This document shows positions 43,907 through 54,651 of a DNA stretch of 64,000 bases, piece by piece. This DNA is from Longimicrobiales bacterium. GTDB taxonomy: Bacteria > Gemmatimonadota > Gemmatimonadetes > Longimicrobiales > Gaopeijiaceae. The stretch spans positions 352,001 through 416,000 of the forward strand of contig OZ252251.1 of NCBI GenBank assembly GCA_965249725.1. Direction: 5' to 3'. The notes below the pieces were generated by a model that saw only the letters and a program-made list of their open reading frames with translations, did not search any database and had not been told where the DNA came from. A program made the position numbers and the translations under genes. Within the stretch, counting starts at the first letter, position 1. Each line of letters starts with the position of its first letter.

Positions 43907-44771
43907 CGTCGCCGTTGACGTCGCCGTTGACGTCGCCGGGGACCTCGCCCCTGAGAAAGCTCTCGACGATCTCCAAGGATTCCCGGTGCAGCTCCTCGGG
44001 GGGCAAGTGGCCACAGTCTTCCAGAACCTGCAGCCTGGCGTTGGGCAGCGCCGTCAGGAGCTTCTCGCCGACGGACAGCGGGACCACCCGGTCATGGCGT
44101 CCCCAAAGGAGCAGCGTCGGGACGTCGATTTCAGGGTATCGAGCGGTCAACGTGTCGAGGTCCAGCGGGACGATGGCCAGCGCCGTCTTGATGAGCGCCG
44201 ACCGGTGGGGCGCGCTCCGGAGCGGTTCGGCGTAGCCCTCCACCTGTGCTCCGCTGATGGCCGACGGGTCGTGGACGATGGACCGGAGGACCCATCTGAT
44301 AAGGCGCCGCTTCGGTACCAGAGTGAAGACAAGCCGGGTCAGCAGACCCTGCCGTGCCAGCTTCACGAAGGGAGGCAGCCGTTGGGCATATGCGGCCCCG
44401 GACACGAGGACCAGTCTCCGGAGTCGGCCATCCTCCAACAGGCGAAGGGCCACGAGCAACGCGATCCCTCCACCCATCGAGTGTCCGAACAGGGTCAGAT
44501 CGCGGAGGTCTTTCTGGATGATGAAGCGGTAGACCAGTTCGGCGTGGTCGTACGGAGAGTAGCGATCGTCATCCGGCGCCGGCGCCGAACCGTGCCCCTT
44601 CAGGTCCACGGACCACACCTCGTGGTGCTCCGCCAGGGCCGGGACCCAGTACCGCCACGAGAAGGAGTTTCCTCCGAATCCGTGAAGGAGCACGAGGGGA
44701 CCGCCGCCCTGCCCGGAGCACTCCGCGTGGAGGGGAAGGGCGTACTCCTCCTGCGGAGGCCACCTCGTCAC
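43860..44771 (-). CDS. Alpha/beta hydrolase
   Basis: LLHGFGG, DLKGHG, GHSMGG nucleophile elbow, WGRHD, CGHLPPEE. Confidence 0.92.
   Translation of the reverse strand: MTRWPPQEEYALPLHAECSGQGGGPLVLLHGFGGNSFSWRYWVPALAEHHEVWSVDLKGHGSAPAPDDDRYSPYDHAELVYRFIIQKDLRDLTLFGHSMGGGIALLVALRLLEDGRLRRLVLVSGAAYAQRLPPFVKLARQGLLTRLVFTLVPKRRLIRWVLRSIVHDPSAISGAQVEGYAEPLRSAPHRSALIKTALAIVPLDLDTLTARYPEIDVPTLLLWGRHDRVVPLSVGEKLLTALPNARLQVLEDCGHLPPEELHRESLEIVESFLRGEVPGDVNGDVNGDVSGDGGGDASNAPSP
43894..43949. repeat. 12-bp coding tandem repeat ACGTCGCCGTTG (GDVN repeats in the hydrolase tail)
   Basis: Two perfect copies at 43906-43929 plus flanking variants. Confidence 0.8.
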
Positions 44772-47470
44772 GGCAGGTCGATTCTCTGGGCACCGTGCGC
44801 CGCCAACTCGTCGGCCCAGGGGGCGTGGCAGGTCATAACGAACACCTGACGGGTCTCCGAAAGCTCGCGCAGGAGCTCGAATCCCCTGTTGCGACGAGGT
44901 GAGTCCCAGTTCACGAACGCCTCGTCCACGAAGACGGGCAGGCGCTCCTTGCCCTCGTCCAGATGATCCGTCACCGCCAAGCGGATCGCTGTGTAGAGCT
45001 GCTCGCGACCTCCGGTGGACAGCTTCGCCGCCTCCACCGGCCCGGCCGACTCGGGTCCGCGCACATGGAAATCACCACCCTCGCCGACCGTGATACGGTC
45101 GTAGCGACCGCCCGTGATCGTGTTCAGGAAGTCAGAGGCCCTTCGCACCACATCGGGCTGGTGCTCTTCGCGAAAACGGCGGTCGGCCTCTCGGATCAGG
45201 TGGGCCAACAGAAGCTTGCGGTCGTGCTCCATCTCGAGATTGGCGAGGTCGGCCTCGAGCGCTTGGATCTCCCCGTCGATCTGATCGGCCGTCGTCTGCT
45301 CCCCGGCCCGGGCACATACGCTCTCGAGTGCCTTCATCCGCCCCGTCAGCTCCTCGACCTGGTCGGACTGCTCCTCGAGGGCGAGCCGGGCGGCTGCCAA
45401 CTCGTCGTCTCCCATGCCGCGTCCATCGGGGCCCTCGAGCTGGTCGAAACGAGCGGTCAGTTCATCCAGGTCGGGATGGGAACGGGTCAGGTCCTCGCGG
45501 ATCTGTTCGGCGCGTTCACGGGCGCGTTGTCTCCGAGCGGCCGTCTCCAAGCCCGCTGATATGTCCTCGCCACCGAGCGTCCGGACTGCGTCTTCCAGGC
45601 GGTCGAGTTCCTGAGTGTGCCCGTCGAGTTCCTGCCGTAGCTCCTGCTGGCTGCGGTCCAGGCTCTCCAACTCTCGACGGGCCGACGTGGACGCCTCCTC
45701 GGCTCGCTCTGCCTCGCGCAGCCTGGATTGCAGCACATGAACCGCCGCCGAATCGTCCGACGGGAGATCGATCTCCAGGTCGCCTCCGATGGTAGCCAGG
45801 CACCCCTCCGCGTCGGTGAAGGCACCTCTGAGTTCCACGGTCTCGACAGTCCGAGCGTCCAGGTCGTCGAGCAGTTCCTGGATTCGCACGACGACCGGAC
45901 CCAATTCCGCCCCGGCCTCCTGGAGGTAGTCGTCCCGGATCGGCAGGTCGCCAAGGACCCCGCGCAGCTGCGCGAGAGTCGATGCCACGGTTTCGGAACC
46001 GTCGGCGTCGCTTTCGGGCGGGCCGAGACCACCACCGGGAGGGGACCCGGCAGGACCAGAGCCCGAGGCCCGGCCGTAGGCCTCGCGCATGGTCCACCAG
46101 CGCGCGAGGAGCGCTACGGATGCCACCGCCAGGCTCGCACCGACCACCCGCTGCCAGGTCGCATCGCCGCCCAAGAGCCAAAGGACCGCGGCCCCCAGCC
46201 CCGACGATATGCCGCCCAGGAGCGAGCGGGGGGACGGTGCAGGGGCCTCTACGTGGAGTGTCGAGCGCAGAGCCCGCTCACGCTCACGGTCCCTGGCTCT
46301 AGCTGCATCCCTCACGCGCTCCCTCAGCTGCTGCGGCACGATTCGCCTCAGGGCGCTCTCCTCGGCCTCGCTGAGAGTCTGCGTGAAGATCTCGTTCAGG
46401 GCCGCATCGGCATGGCGCCGACGATCCTTGATCTCCCGTTCGAGCGATCCGAGGCGGGTGCGGGCGGGTTTCAGACCGGCCACCTGTGCTACTACGTCCT
46501 CGATCGTGGCCCGAGCCTCGAGGAGGCGTGCGTCGGCCGCTCCGAGAGAGCCAGCACGCATATGGGGGCCCGCAGCCTCCTCGCACGAGCGAGCGAGTCG
46601 CTTCTGGAGCTTGGCCACCTCGGAGACGAGCCGCTCGTGCGTGCCGACGGGATCGGAAGGAACGGCGTCCAGCTCTCGGGCCGGGCCCGCCTCTTGGTCG
46701 AGCTCAGCGGCCCGATCGAGCAGCTTCCTGGCCGGAAGGAGCGTGGTCGTGCGCTCGATGAGGAGCCGCTGTTGCTCGCGGACGAGCTTTCTGTCCTTCA
46801 GCTCCTGCCGGACCCGCTCCAGGTCGTTCATCGAGCCTCTGAGCTGGCGATCGGTGTCCAGCGCCTCACGCCGTCGGGCCCCCGCGCCGTGGATGCGCCC
46901 CCTCAACTCACGGATCTCCTGTTTGCCCCGACGGTCGGGCCGCCACAGGCCGCGGGCCTCGAGCTCGAGCACTTCCGCCGCCGATCGTGCCGGCACGAGA
47001 TCGCGCGCTCCCATCGCCCCGATGAGCCGGTCCTGAATATCCGACCAGGCCTCGGACTCGAGTGTGGAGACCTCGGCGTGGGTCAAGGCGAATACCTGAT
47101 GGAAGACCGGGCCGGCGACGTGGGTCGCGCAGGACAGCGTCTCATTGCGCAGCGGCCCTTCGTGGTCGCTCCGGCTTATCTGGCCTGTCGGAGACGCCAG
47201 AAGCCGCCGGCGGACACTCCATAGTTCGTCGTCGTCCAAGCGGAGGTCGGCTTCGATGTCGAGGTCATGCCCGCTCCATGGCTCATACGGATGCAGATCT
47301 CGAGAGCTCGGATAGAGCCCGTAGATGATCGAGATCAGCAGGTGGAAGAAGGTCGTCTTGCCCGATTCGTTGGGCCCGACGACCACCACCAGCCCCGGGA
47401 GTGGCTCTTCTCCCGAGTCGAAGCCCTCCAGGGTGCCGAAAGCCGAGGCGCGGATCCGCTCGAACTTCAT
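44768..47470 (-). CDS. YhaN-like SMC/AAA_27 ATPase with coiled coils and central TM helices
   Basis: GPNESGKTT, LSTGGREQLYTAIRLA, PVFVDEAFVNWD, VMTCH. Confidence 0.88.
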   Translation of the reverse strand: MKFERIRASAFGTLEGFDSGEEPLPGLVVVVGPNESGKTTFFHLLISIIYGLYPSSRDLHPYEPWSGHDLDIEADLRLDDDELWSVRRRLLASPTGQISRSDHEGPLRNETLSCATHVAGPVFHQVFALTHAEVSTLESEAWSDIQDRLIGAMGARDLVPARSAAEVLELEARGLWRPDRRGKQEIRELRGRIHGAGARRREALDTDRQLRGSMNDLERVRQELKDRKLVREQQRLLIERTTTLLPARKLLDRAAELDQEAGPARELDAVPSDPVGTHERLVSEVAKLQKRLARSCEEAAGPHMRAGSLGAADARLLEARATIEDVVAQVAGLKPARTRLGSLEREIKDRRRHADAALNEIFTQTLSEAEESALRRIVPQQLRERVRDAARARDRERERALRSTLHVEAPAPSPRSLLGGISSGLGAAVLWLLGGDATWQRVVGASLAVASVALLARWWTMREAYGRASGSGPAGSPPGGGLGPPESDADGSETVASTLAQLRGVLGDLPIRDDYLQEAGAELGPVVVRIQELLDDLDARTVETVELRGAFTDAEGCLATIGGDLEIDLPSDDSAAVHVLQSRLREAERAEEASTSARRELESLDRSQQELRQELDGHTQELDRLEDAVRTLGGEDISAGLETAARRQRARERAEQIREDLTRSHPDLDELTARFDQLEGPDGRGMGDDELAAARLALEEQSDQVEELTGRMKALESVCARAGEQTTADQIDGEIQALEADLANLEMEHDRKLLLAHLIREADRRFREEHQPDVVRRASDFLNTITGGRYDRITVGEGGDFHVRGPESAGPVEAAKLSTGGREQLYTAIRLAVTDHLDEGKERLPVFVDEAFVNWDSPRRNRGFELLRELSETRQVFVMTCHAPWADELAAHGAQRIDLP

Positions 47471-48708
47471 CGTTGCTCGACGACCGTCTTGAGCATGCGC
47501 GACAGGAGCTCTTCTTCGGCTGCATCCAGGAGGGTCGAGACATACGAATCGAGCGCACCGTCGCCCTCGAGGCCGATGAGCAGATCCGCCGACAGACCGT
47601 CGACGGCGGTCTCACCCGACCGAACCGACGACACCAGTCGAAGCACCTGACCCAGCACGTCCTCGCGAGCTGCGTGTTCCTCCACCTGGATCTCCGGATG
47701 CACGCTCCCGACCTGAAGGGTCGCGTCGAGCAATCCGAGACGATGAATCAACTCCTCCCGCAGGTGCTCCTGATCTTCTTCGCGTGACAGCTCCCTCCAG
47801 AGCGGCGTGGCTCCCGAGATGCGGATGCGCGCTATCCATCCCGAGACCCCGGTGCCATCCGCCGTTTCGTCCCATCGCGAGGCGACGGTGCGGACGAGGG
47901 CGTCGAGCGTACCGGCGTCCGTGGGATTCCGTACTTCCACGTCCTCCCATCGAATGGGAGCCAACTCCCTGAATTCCACGCTGGGGGGCGCACCCGGCGA
48001 TAGCTCCACCAGCAGGCAGCCCTTTGCCCCACGTTCGCCGTGAGTCCGTCCTTGGAGATTCCCGGGGTAGTGGATGCCGGGGTGTTCGCACAGGCAGGAA
48101 CGCTTGTGCACGTGACCCAGCGCCCAGTAGTCGTAGCCGGCGTTCTTCAGGGCTTCGAGGTGTGAAGGGGCGTACTTCGCGTGGTCGGCCGCTCCGGGTG
48201 AGTCGACCACCTGGGTGTGCAGAACGGCCACCTCCGGGAGGCGTCCTTCCGGTCTGGGGAAGGCCGCCGACAGGTCCGCCGTCTCGGCGGCGCTTTCATG
48301 CCCCGCGGCCGTCACGATGCCGACGACTTGGCCCTCTCCGTCCTCGACGGGGATGCGGATGGGCCCGGGGCCTCGGACCACCGTCACGTTCTGGGGCCAC
48401 GCCAGATCCTGCGATCGCCGCCCCGCGTGGCCGGGATCGTGGTTGCCGGTGGCGTATACCACGGGCATGCCGGCCTGCTCGAGGCGATGGAGCTGCTCCA
48501 TCAGGAAGCGCTCCGTCTGAAACGACAGCCGCTCGTCGTCGAAGAGATCCCCCGCCAGGAGGACGGCGTCCACACCTTCGGCCAGCGCCAAATCGACGAG
48601 CCGCTGGAGCGCGATGCGCGACGCCTCGCGCAGGCGCTCCCGAACCGTGTTCGTGCGGCTCGAGAAAGCGGTGTCGAGGTGTATGTCGGCGGCGTGGATG
48701 AAGCGCAT
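47467..48708 (-). CDS. YhaO-like Mre11/SbcD-family DNA repair exonuclease
   Basis: All five motifs intact: ADIHLD, GDLFD, GNHD, VLH, WALGHVH; also YPGNLQGR. Confidence 0.92.
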   Translation of the reverse strand: MRFIHAADIHLDTAFSSRTNTVRERLREASRIALQRLVDLALAEGVDAVLLAGDLFDDERLSFQTERFLMEQLHRLEQAGMPVVYATGNHDPGHAGRRSQDLAWPQNVTVVRGPGPIRIPVEDGEGQVVGIVTAAGHESAAETADLSAAFPRPEGRLPEVAVLHTQVVDSPGAADHAKYAPSHLEALKNAGYDYWALGHVHKRSCLCEHPGIHYPGNLQGRTHGERGAKGCLLVELSPGAPPSVEFRELAPIRWEDVEVRNPTDAGTLDALVRTVASRWDETADGTGVSGWIARIRISGATPLWRELSREEDQEHLREELIHRLGLLDATLQVGSVHPEIQVEEHAAREDVLGQVLRLVSSVRSGETAVDGLSADLLIGLEGDGALDSYVSTLLDAAEEELLSRMLKTVVEQR

Positions 48709-48932
48709 CGGTTGCCTGGGATGGTCAACGAGTGGGCCGGCGCACGAAAGCTAGACGCAGCCGGTGGGCGAGGGCCAGGGCCGGCCGGGCAGCGTAGACG
48801 TCGAATGCCCGCGAACGTGCTTCTTGAAGGGACCCTCCACGGTTTCTATCTTTGACGATCTCTCGCGAGGACTCCACTCACGACCCCCGATCGTCGCGAT
48901 GCCAACGCGCACAGGCTCCGCCTGATCCACCC

Positions 48933-51900
48933 ATGAGCGACACTTCCGAAGTGACGGTCCGCCAGGCTCGGCAGGACTCGCCGACCGTCGACGCCGTTTG
49001 CCGGCAGCTCGAACGACAGGTTTCCCCGGACGAAACCGAGATCGTCATTTCGTTCGCGATCATCTTCCTGTCCAAGGCGACCCGGGAGTTCCTGCAGGAG
49101 CGCAGTTCCGACGCACTGGCCCGCATGGTGCTCGGGGCGTGGCGTTTCCTTCAGCGTGGCCGACCCGATCGGGTCGATGTCGAGGTGTTCAATCCCGACG
49201 TCGACAACGAGGGCTGGTTCGCACCCGTAACGGTTCTGCGGACCAACATCTCAGAGCGTCCCTTCATCGTGGACTCGCTTCGCGAGTTCCTGCACACGCA
49301 GGACCTTTCCATCGAACACCTCATCTACCCCGTCATCCACGTCGAGCGAGGGGAGGATGGCCAGGTCACGGAGGTGCGGTCCTCCAAGGAGGGTGAGACC
49401 AAAGAGTCGCTCGTGCACTGCGAGGTGGCTCGAGTCACCGATCCGGTGGCGTTGGATAGTCTGCGTAACGAGGCGAACCGCCGGCTCCAGGACGTGGTGC
49501 GGGCCACCGACGACTTCCACCCCATGGTCGATGCGGTGAACGGCGTCGTGGCCGAGCTGGCGGAGAGCATGGGCGAGCTTCCCGACCTCGGTGAGGAACT
49601 CCGAGAGATCCAAGCATTTCTGCGTTGGCTGCGAGACGGAGGTTACGTGTTCCTGGGGTATCGGGGCTACGACCTGGTCGACGCCGACGGGGGAAGGGCC
49701 ATCGTCGTAGAGCCGGGGTCGGGTCTCGGCGTGTTGAGGAACGAGGCCGAGTCGTCCTACGCCGAGCCGGTGCTCGTGAGCGGCCTCCGGCCCGGGATCA
49801 GGGAGCTCGTGGAGGGAGGTCCCAATCTGATCATCAGTAAGACCAACGCCCTTTCCACTGTGCATCGCCTGGCCCGGATGGACTACATCGGGGTCAAAAA
49901 GCTCTCATCGGCCGGGGAGGTCGTTGGAGAGCATCGCTTCGTCGGCCTGTTCACCTCCAAGGCCTATTCGGAGGAGGCGGAGAAGATCCCGATTCTGCGG
50001 CGCAAGCTCGAGATGATCCTCGAGGCTGCCAGCGCCCCCGAGGGATCGCACGACTACAAGGAAATCAAGACGATCTTCAGCTCTCTGCCTAAGGAGGAGC
50101 TGTTCGTCTCGACGTTGGAGCAGATCGGCGCCGACATCCAGATCGTCCTGACGTCGTACCACACCGATGATGTACGCGTCACGTTGAGAGAGGACCCCTT
50201 CCGTAGGGGCTTCTCGGTCATGGTGATCATTCCCAAGGACAGATTCTCGGGAGATGTCAGGCGGGCCATCGAAGAGGCCCTCGTTCGGCATCTCCAAGCT
50301 GATGTTCTCAACTATCACCTGACACTGGGCGAGGGTGACCAGGCGCGTCTGCACTTCTACATGGCCTCGCCCGGCGAGAAGGTCGAAGGGGTCGATCCTC
50401 ACGATCTCGAGAAGTTGATCGGCGAGCTCATCCGCTCCTGGACGGATCGCGTACGAGGCGGCCTCGAGAAGGTGCGACCGCCCGACGAGGCCCGCCGTCT
50501 CGCTCGTCGATACGGCGAGGGCTTCAGCCCCGAGTACCGGGCGGCCACAGAGCCGGCGGTGGCGGTCAACGACATTCTCGAGCTGGAAGCCATGTTGGCC
50601 GACGACCGCATGGTATCCATCTCTTTTGCCGGAGGTCAGGCGGGAGACGAGGAGGGCGCCACCACGGAGTTGAAGCTCTACCTGTGCGGCGAACGACTCA
50701 TCCTCTCGGACTTCATGCCGATTCTCGAGAACGCGGGTCTCCGGGTGATCGCGGTGGTGCCCTACGAGATCAAGGGGCAGGGTACTCCCGACGCCATCAT
50801 CTACTCGTTCTCGGTGCAGGATTCCGAGGGGAGACCGCTGGAGGCCGAGGATCAGGGACCGTTGCTCGCCGATGCCATCTTGGCGGTCCGCTTCGGCGAC
50901 GCGACCAACGACACCCTCAACGCGCTCGTCATCCTGGCGGACCTCTTCTGGAGGGAAGTCGACGTGCTGAGGGCTTACGCCGCCTACGCCTTCCAGTTGG
51001 GTGCGGTGCCCAGTCGCTTGTCGCTTCCGACCGCGCTCGTGAGCTACCCCAACATCGCCAGGGTTTTCCTCGACATCTTCAAGGCGAAGTTCGATCCCAA
51101 GGGGCCCGCCACTCGCAGTGAGCGGGAGGCGTTGGTAGAGGACCTTCGTGTCCTCCTGACCCAGCTCATGACCTCGGTCACACTCTTGGCCGATGACCGG
51201 GCTCTCCGCCGCATGGTGGCGCTCCTCGACGCCACGTTGCGCACCAACTACTTCCGCAACGGCGGCCGATCGCCGACACGACGGTCGGGGGGCGTGCCCT
51301 ACATCTCGTTGAAGGTTTCGGCCCAGGCGCTCCGGGACGTCGCACGCACGAGGTTGCTGTACGAGGTCTGGGTCCGGTCTTCGCGGATGGAGGGGGTGCA
51401 CCTCAGGGGGGCACGCGTCGCTCGCGGGGGGATCCGCTATAGCGACAGGCCCGACGACTTCCGGACCGAGATTCTAGGGCTCGTGAACACTCAGATGGTC
51501 AAGAACGCTGTCATCGTCCCTGCCGGATCCAAGGGTGGCTACATCACGCTCCGGAAGATCGCCGACCGGGACGAGATGGCCGAGGAAGCGCGCGAGCAAT
51601 ACAAGACGCTGATGCGGGGCCTGTTGGACCTCACCGACAACCTCGACCACGAAGGCGAGACCGTGCCGCCGGAGCTGGTGGTGAGTTGGGACGATCCCGA
51701 CCCCTACCTCGTCGTGGCGGCGGACAAGGGAACGGCCAAGTACTCGGACGTGGCCAACGGTGTGGCGGCCGAGTACGACTTCTGGTTGGACGACGCGTTC
51801 GCTTCAGGAGGATCGCACGGCTACGACCACAAGGTCGTCGGGATCACGGCGGGAGGGGCCTGGGAGTGTGTGAAACGGCACTTCCGCGAGCAGGACAAGG

Positions 51901-53828
51901 ACATCCAGACAGAGCCGTTCACCGTGGTGGGGATCGGAGACATGAGCGGCGACGTGTTCGGGAACGGCATGCTCCTCTCCCGGCAGATCAAGCTCATCGC
52001 GGCGTTCGACCACCGACATGTCTTCATCGACCCGAACCCCGATGAGGAAGCCTCGTTCGTGGAACGTGAGCGCCTGTTCGCGTTGGGACCGTCGAGCTGG
52101 GAGGAATACGATCGAAACGTCCTGAGTCCGGGTGCCATGATCATCCCTCGAGGGGCGAAGGAGGTCGATCTCACACCCGAGGCCCGAGACGCTTTGGGAG
52201 TGCCGGATGAGGTAGAGACGCTCGACGGCGAGTCGCTGATCCGAGCCGTGCTACAGGCGCCGGTGGAACTGCTGTGGAACGGTGGGATCGGCACCTATGT
52301 GAAGGCGCCCTTCGAGTCGGACGCCGACGCCGGAGACCCCTCCAACGATGCGGTCCGCGTGAACTCGGACGAGCTTCGCTGCAGGGTCGTGGGTGAGGGC
52401 GGAAACCTGGGGTTCACCCAGCGGGCTCGGATCGACTTCGCCTTGCGTGACGGCAACCTCAATACGGACGCGCTCGACAACTCGGGTGGTGTGGACCTTT
52501 CCGATCGGGAGGTGAACCTGAAGATCCTCCTCAGGCACCCCGTCCGCTCGGGGGCCATGGGTGAGGACCAGCGAAACCAGCTGCTCGAGGACCTCACCGA
52601 CTCCGTGGCCCAGTTGGTTCTGGCCGACAACGAGAAGCAGAGCCTCGCGATCTCCCTGGACCAGCATAGGACCAAGGAGAACCTGGACGACTTCAGGGAT
52701 CTCATGTCCGCGCTGGAAAAGACCGGTGGGCTGGATCGGGTGGCCGAACACCTTCCCACGTGGGAGGTCCTGTGCGACCGGCTGGAGGAGCAGGGGCGGT
52801 CCCTCACCCGTCCGGAGCTTTGCGTGCTGCTGTCTTACGCCAAGATGGAGCTCATGGGTCGCCTACTCAAGAGCGACCTCCCGGACGACCCCGCGACCAA
52901 GGAGTACCTGCTGCACTACTTCCCCGACGCCGCTTTAGACGCTGCGGGCAAGCAGGGCCTCGAAGCCCACAGGCTGCGTCGCGAGATCGTGGCCTGCCAG
53001 CTCACCAACGACTTGGTCGACCTGATGGGCGCGACGTTCGTGAGTCGCGTATCGAGAGATACCGGTAGGGAAGCCGCCGACGTCGCTCGTGCCTGGCTCG
53101 TCGCGGCGCGCCTGGCCGGTCACCAAGAGCTGGTGCGGCGGGTGAGCGGGGCCGAGGCGGGACTCTCGTCGAAGGTGGCGTACCGATGGCTGCTGGGGCT
53201 GTCGCGAGTGCTCGAGAGGACCACGCGCTGGATCCTCGCCAACGTGGACGGCGAGGGCCGCACGGCGATGCTCGTAGACGAGAATCAGGGTAAGCTGGAG
53301 ACACTGCGTGCCGACTTCGGAGATTTCGTGGCGGGAGAGGACAAGATCGTCTTCGAACGGCGTGTGTCGGAGATCGAGCGACACGGTGCGGAGCCGTCCT
53401 TCGCTCGGAGCCTGATCACACTTCGATTCCTGGACCAGTTGCTGGAGATCCTCCGCGTGGCGAGGGAAACCGGTTCAGAGCCTCTCGTTGCCGGCGGGGC
53501 CTACTACAAGGTGTCCGAGCGCTTCCACATTCCGTGGCTGAGGCAGGCGATCTTCGGGTCGGCTTCGGAGGATCGTTGGGAGCAGCGGGCAGCGCAGGCC
53601 TTGGCCGCCGATCTGAGTCGGGCGCATTCCTCTCTCACCCGGCTGGTGGTGGGGTCCGGAGACGGCAGCGGAGCGTTGAACACCAGTTCCGGCGAGTACG
53701 CGCGTTTTAAGGAGCTGATGGAGGAGATCCGCGCCGAGGAGACGATGTCGGTGTCCGGACTCTCCGTAGCCGTCCGGGAGATCGCCCTCGTGGCGGAACG
53801 TGCCAACGGATCGGCATCGACCGAATAG
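48933..53828 (+). CDS. gdhB: Large NAD-specific glutamate dehydrogenase
   Basis: About 1630 aa; EGVHLRG, ARGGIRYSDR, QMVKNAVIVP, AADKGTA, GIGDMSGDVFGNGML, NGGIGTY, EGGNLG. Confidence 0.95.
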   Translation: MSDTSEVTVRQARQDSPTVDAVCRQLERQVSPDETEIVISFAIIFLSKATREFLQERSSDALARMVLGAWRFLQRGRPDRVDVEVFNPDVDNEGWFAPVTVLRTNISERPFIVDSLREFLHTQDLSIEHLIYPVIHVERGEDGQVTEVRSSKEGETKESLVHCEVARVTDPVALDSLRNEANRRLQDVVRATDDFHPMVDAVNGVVAELAESMGELPDLGEELREIQAFLRWLRDGGYVFLGYRGYDLVDADGGRAIVVEPGSGLGVLRNEAESSYAEPVLVSGLRPGIRELVEGGPNLIISKTNALSTVHRLARMDYIGVKKLSSAGEVVGEHRFVGLFTSKAYSEEAEKIPILRRKLEMILEAASAPEGSHDYKEIKTIFSSLPKEELFVSTLEQIGADIQIVLTSYHTDDVRVTLREDPFRRGFSVMVIIPKDRFSGDVRRAIEEALVRHLQADVLNYHLTLGEGDQARLHFYMASPGEKVEGVDPHDLEKLIGELIRSWTDRVRGGLEKVRPPDEARRLARRYGEGFSPEYRAATEPAVAVNDILELEAMLADDRMVSISFAGGQAGDEEGATTELKLYLCGERLILSDFMPILENAGLRVIAVVPYEIKGQGTPDAIIYSFSVQDSEGRPLEAEDQGPLLADAILAVRFGDATNDTLNALVILADLFWREVDVLRAYAAYAFQLGAVPSRLSLPTALVSYPNIARVFLDIFKAKFDPKGPATRSEREALVEDLRVLLTQLMTSVTLLADDRALRRMVALLDATLRTNYFRNGGRSPTRRSGGVPYISLKVSAQALRDVARTRLLYEVWVRSSRMEGVHLRGARVARGGIRYSDRPDDFRTEILGLVNTQMVKNAVIVPAGSKGGYITLRKIADRDEMAEEAREQYKTLMRGLLDLTDNLDHEGETVPPELVVSWDDPDPYLVVAADKGTAKYSDVANGVAAEYDFWLDDAFASGGSHGYDHKVVGITAGGAWECVKRHFREQDKDIQTEPFTVVGIGDMSGDVFGNGMLLSRQIKLIAAFDHRHVFIDPNPDEEASFVERERLFALGPSSWEEYDRNVLSPGAMIIPRGAKEVDLTPEARDALGVPDEVETLDGESLIRAVLQAPVELLWNGGIGTYVKAPFESDADAGDPSNDAVRVNSDELRCRVVGEGGNLGFTQRARIDFALRDGNLNTDALDNSGGVDLSDREVNLKILLRHPVRSGAMGEDQRNQLLEDLTDSVAQLVLADNEKQSLAISLDQHRTKENLDDFRDLMSALEKTGGLDRVAEHLPTWEVLCDRLEEQGRSLTRPELCVLLSYAKMELMGRLLKSDLPDDPATKEYLLHYFPDAALDAAGKQGLEAHRLRREIVACQLTNDLVDLMGATFVSRVSRDTGREAADVARAWLVAARLAGHQELVRRVSGAEAGLSSKVAYRWLLGLSRVLERTTRWILANVDGEGRTAMLVDENQGKLETLRADFGDFVAGEDKIVFERRVSEIERHGAEPSFARSLITLRFLDQLLEILRVARETGSEPLVAGGAYYKVSERFHIPWLRQAIFGSASEDRWEQRAAQALAADLSRAHSSLTRLVVGSGDGSGALNTSSGEYARFKELMEEIRAEETMSVSGLSVAVREIALVAERANGSASTE

Positions 53829-53863
53829 GACCCCCGCTGGACTCTGAGGGGGCTGCGGAGCCC

Positions 53864-54547
53864 CTAGAGAATCAGCAGGACGAGGGTGAGGCTCATTCCC
53901 TGGAGATCGGCATCTGCCAGGTTGAGCAGATCCTGGACTCCGAAGACCGCCCGATAGCCCGCCGCCGCACCGAGATGCACGGGGCCTAATGCGCGTACTC
54001 GTACCAACACTTCGGGCTCCATCACCAGAAAGTTGTCGGCTCCGAGTTCGTTGCCTACGGGCACGGCACGGATCGACGCATGCCCGGCGCCTACTAGGAG
54101 TCGCCCGGCCAGCGAGACGCTCCGGCGGGTCCGAGCCTGGTATCCGAAGAGCAGGCCACCGTATCCCATTCGCAGGTTCGTACCGAGGTCGGCCCCCGAT
54201 TCGACCACGGGTACCGAGTTGAGCAGCCCCCCTCCGACAGCTCCGATCGAAAAGTGGCGTGAGAAGTGGAGCGAGGCTTCGCCGCCCATCATCGCCTCGG
54301 TGCCGCCCAGGATCTCGGCGCCGCGAACGAAGGTGCCGATGGAGGCGCTGACCCCGTCGTCGGACCCTGGATCGTCCAGGTTCTGGGCGTGGAGACCCCC
54401 GTGTTGGGTCCACGTCAGGCCGATGAAAAGGCCGCCCGCGACCAGGGGATGGGCCAGACGGAATGCCTTGCGGGGTATCGGGATCTCCTCATGCCGCGGT
54501 AGGATCGAACGGTACTTGCACCGTTCGAAACAAGGTATACTTCCCAT
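53864..54547 (-). CDS. Putative outer-membrane beta-barrel protein (start uncertain)
   Basis: Signal-like LVAGGLFIGL...HAQ; alternating beta-strand patterns (GYGGLLFGY, LGAAAGYR). Confidence 0.55.
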   Translation of the reverse strand: MGSIPCFERCKYRSILPRHEEIPIPRKAFRLAHPLVAGGLFIGLTWTQHGGLHAQNLDDPGSDDGVSASIGTFVRGAEILGGTEAMMGGEASLHFSRHFSIGAVGGGLLNSVPVVESGADLGTNLRMGYGGLLFGYQARTRRSVSLAGRLLVGAGHASIRAVPVGNELGADNFLVMEPEVLVRVRALGPVHLGAAAGYRAVFGVQDLLNLADADLQGMSLTLVLLIL

Positions 54548-54651
54548 CCTCTCAGGGAACAGGGCAAACCCACGCGCCCGCTGGAATACCAAAGCTGGAA
54601 CACCAAAAGGTTGAGAACTGAGACATAACGTAACAATGTTCAGATAACGCA

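Noticed and set aside
45728..47224. Long antisense ORFs (also 49905-51401, 15087-16322, 12529-13731, 36881-38071, 2594-3640)
   Set aside because: Shadow ORFs opposite well-supported genes, expected in GC-rich DNA, with no recognisable motifs
54500..54650. Sigma54 promoter for the pilin cluster
   Set aside because: The candidates TGGAAC... and TCGAAC-N5-TTGCA do not give the required GG-N10-GC
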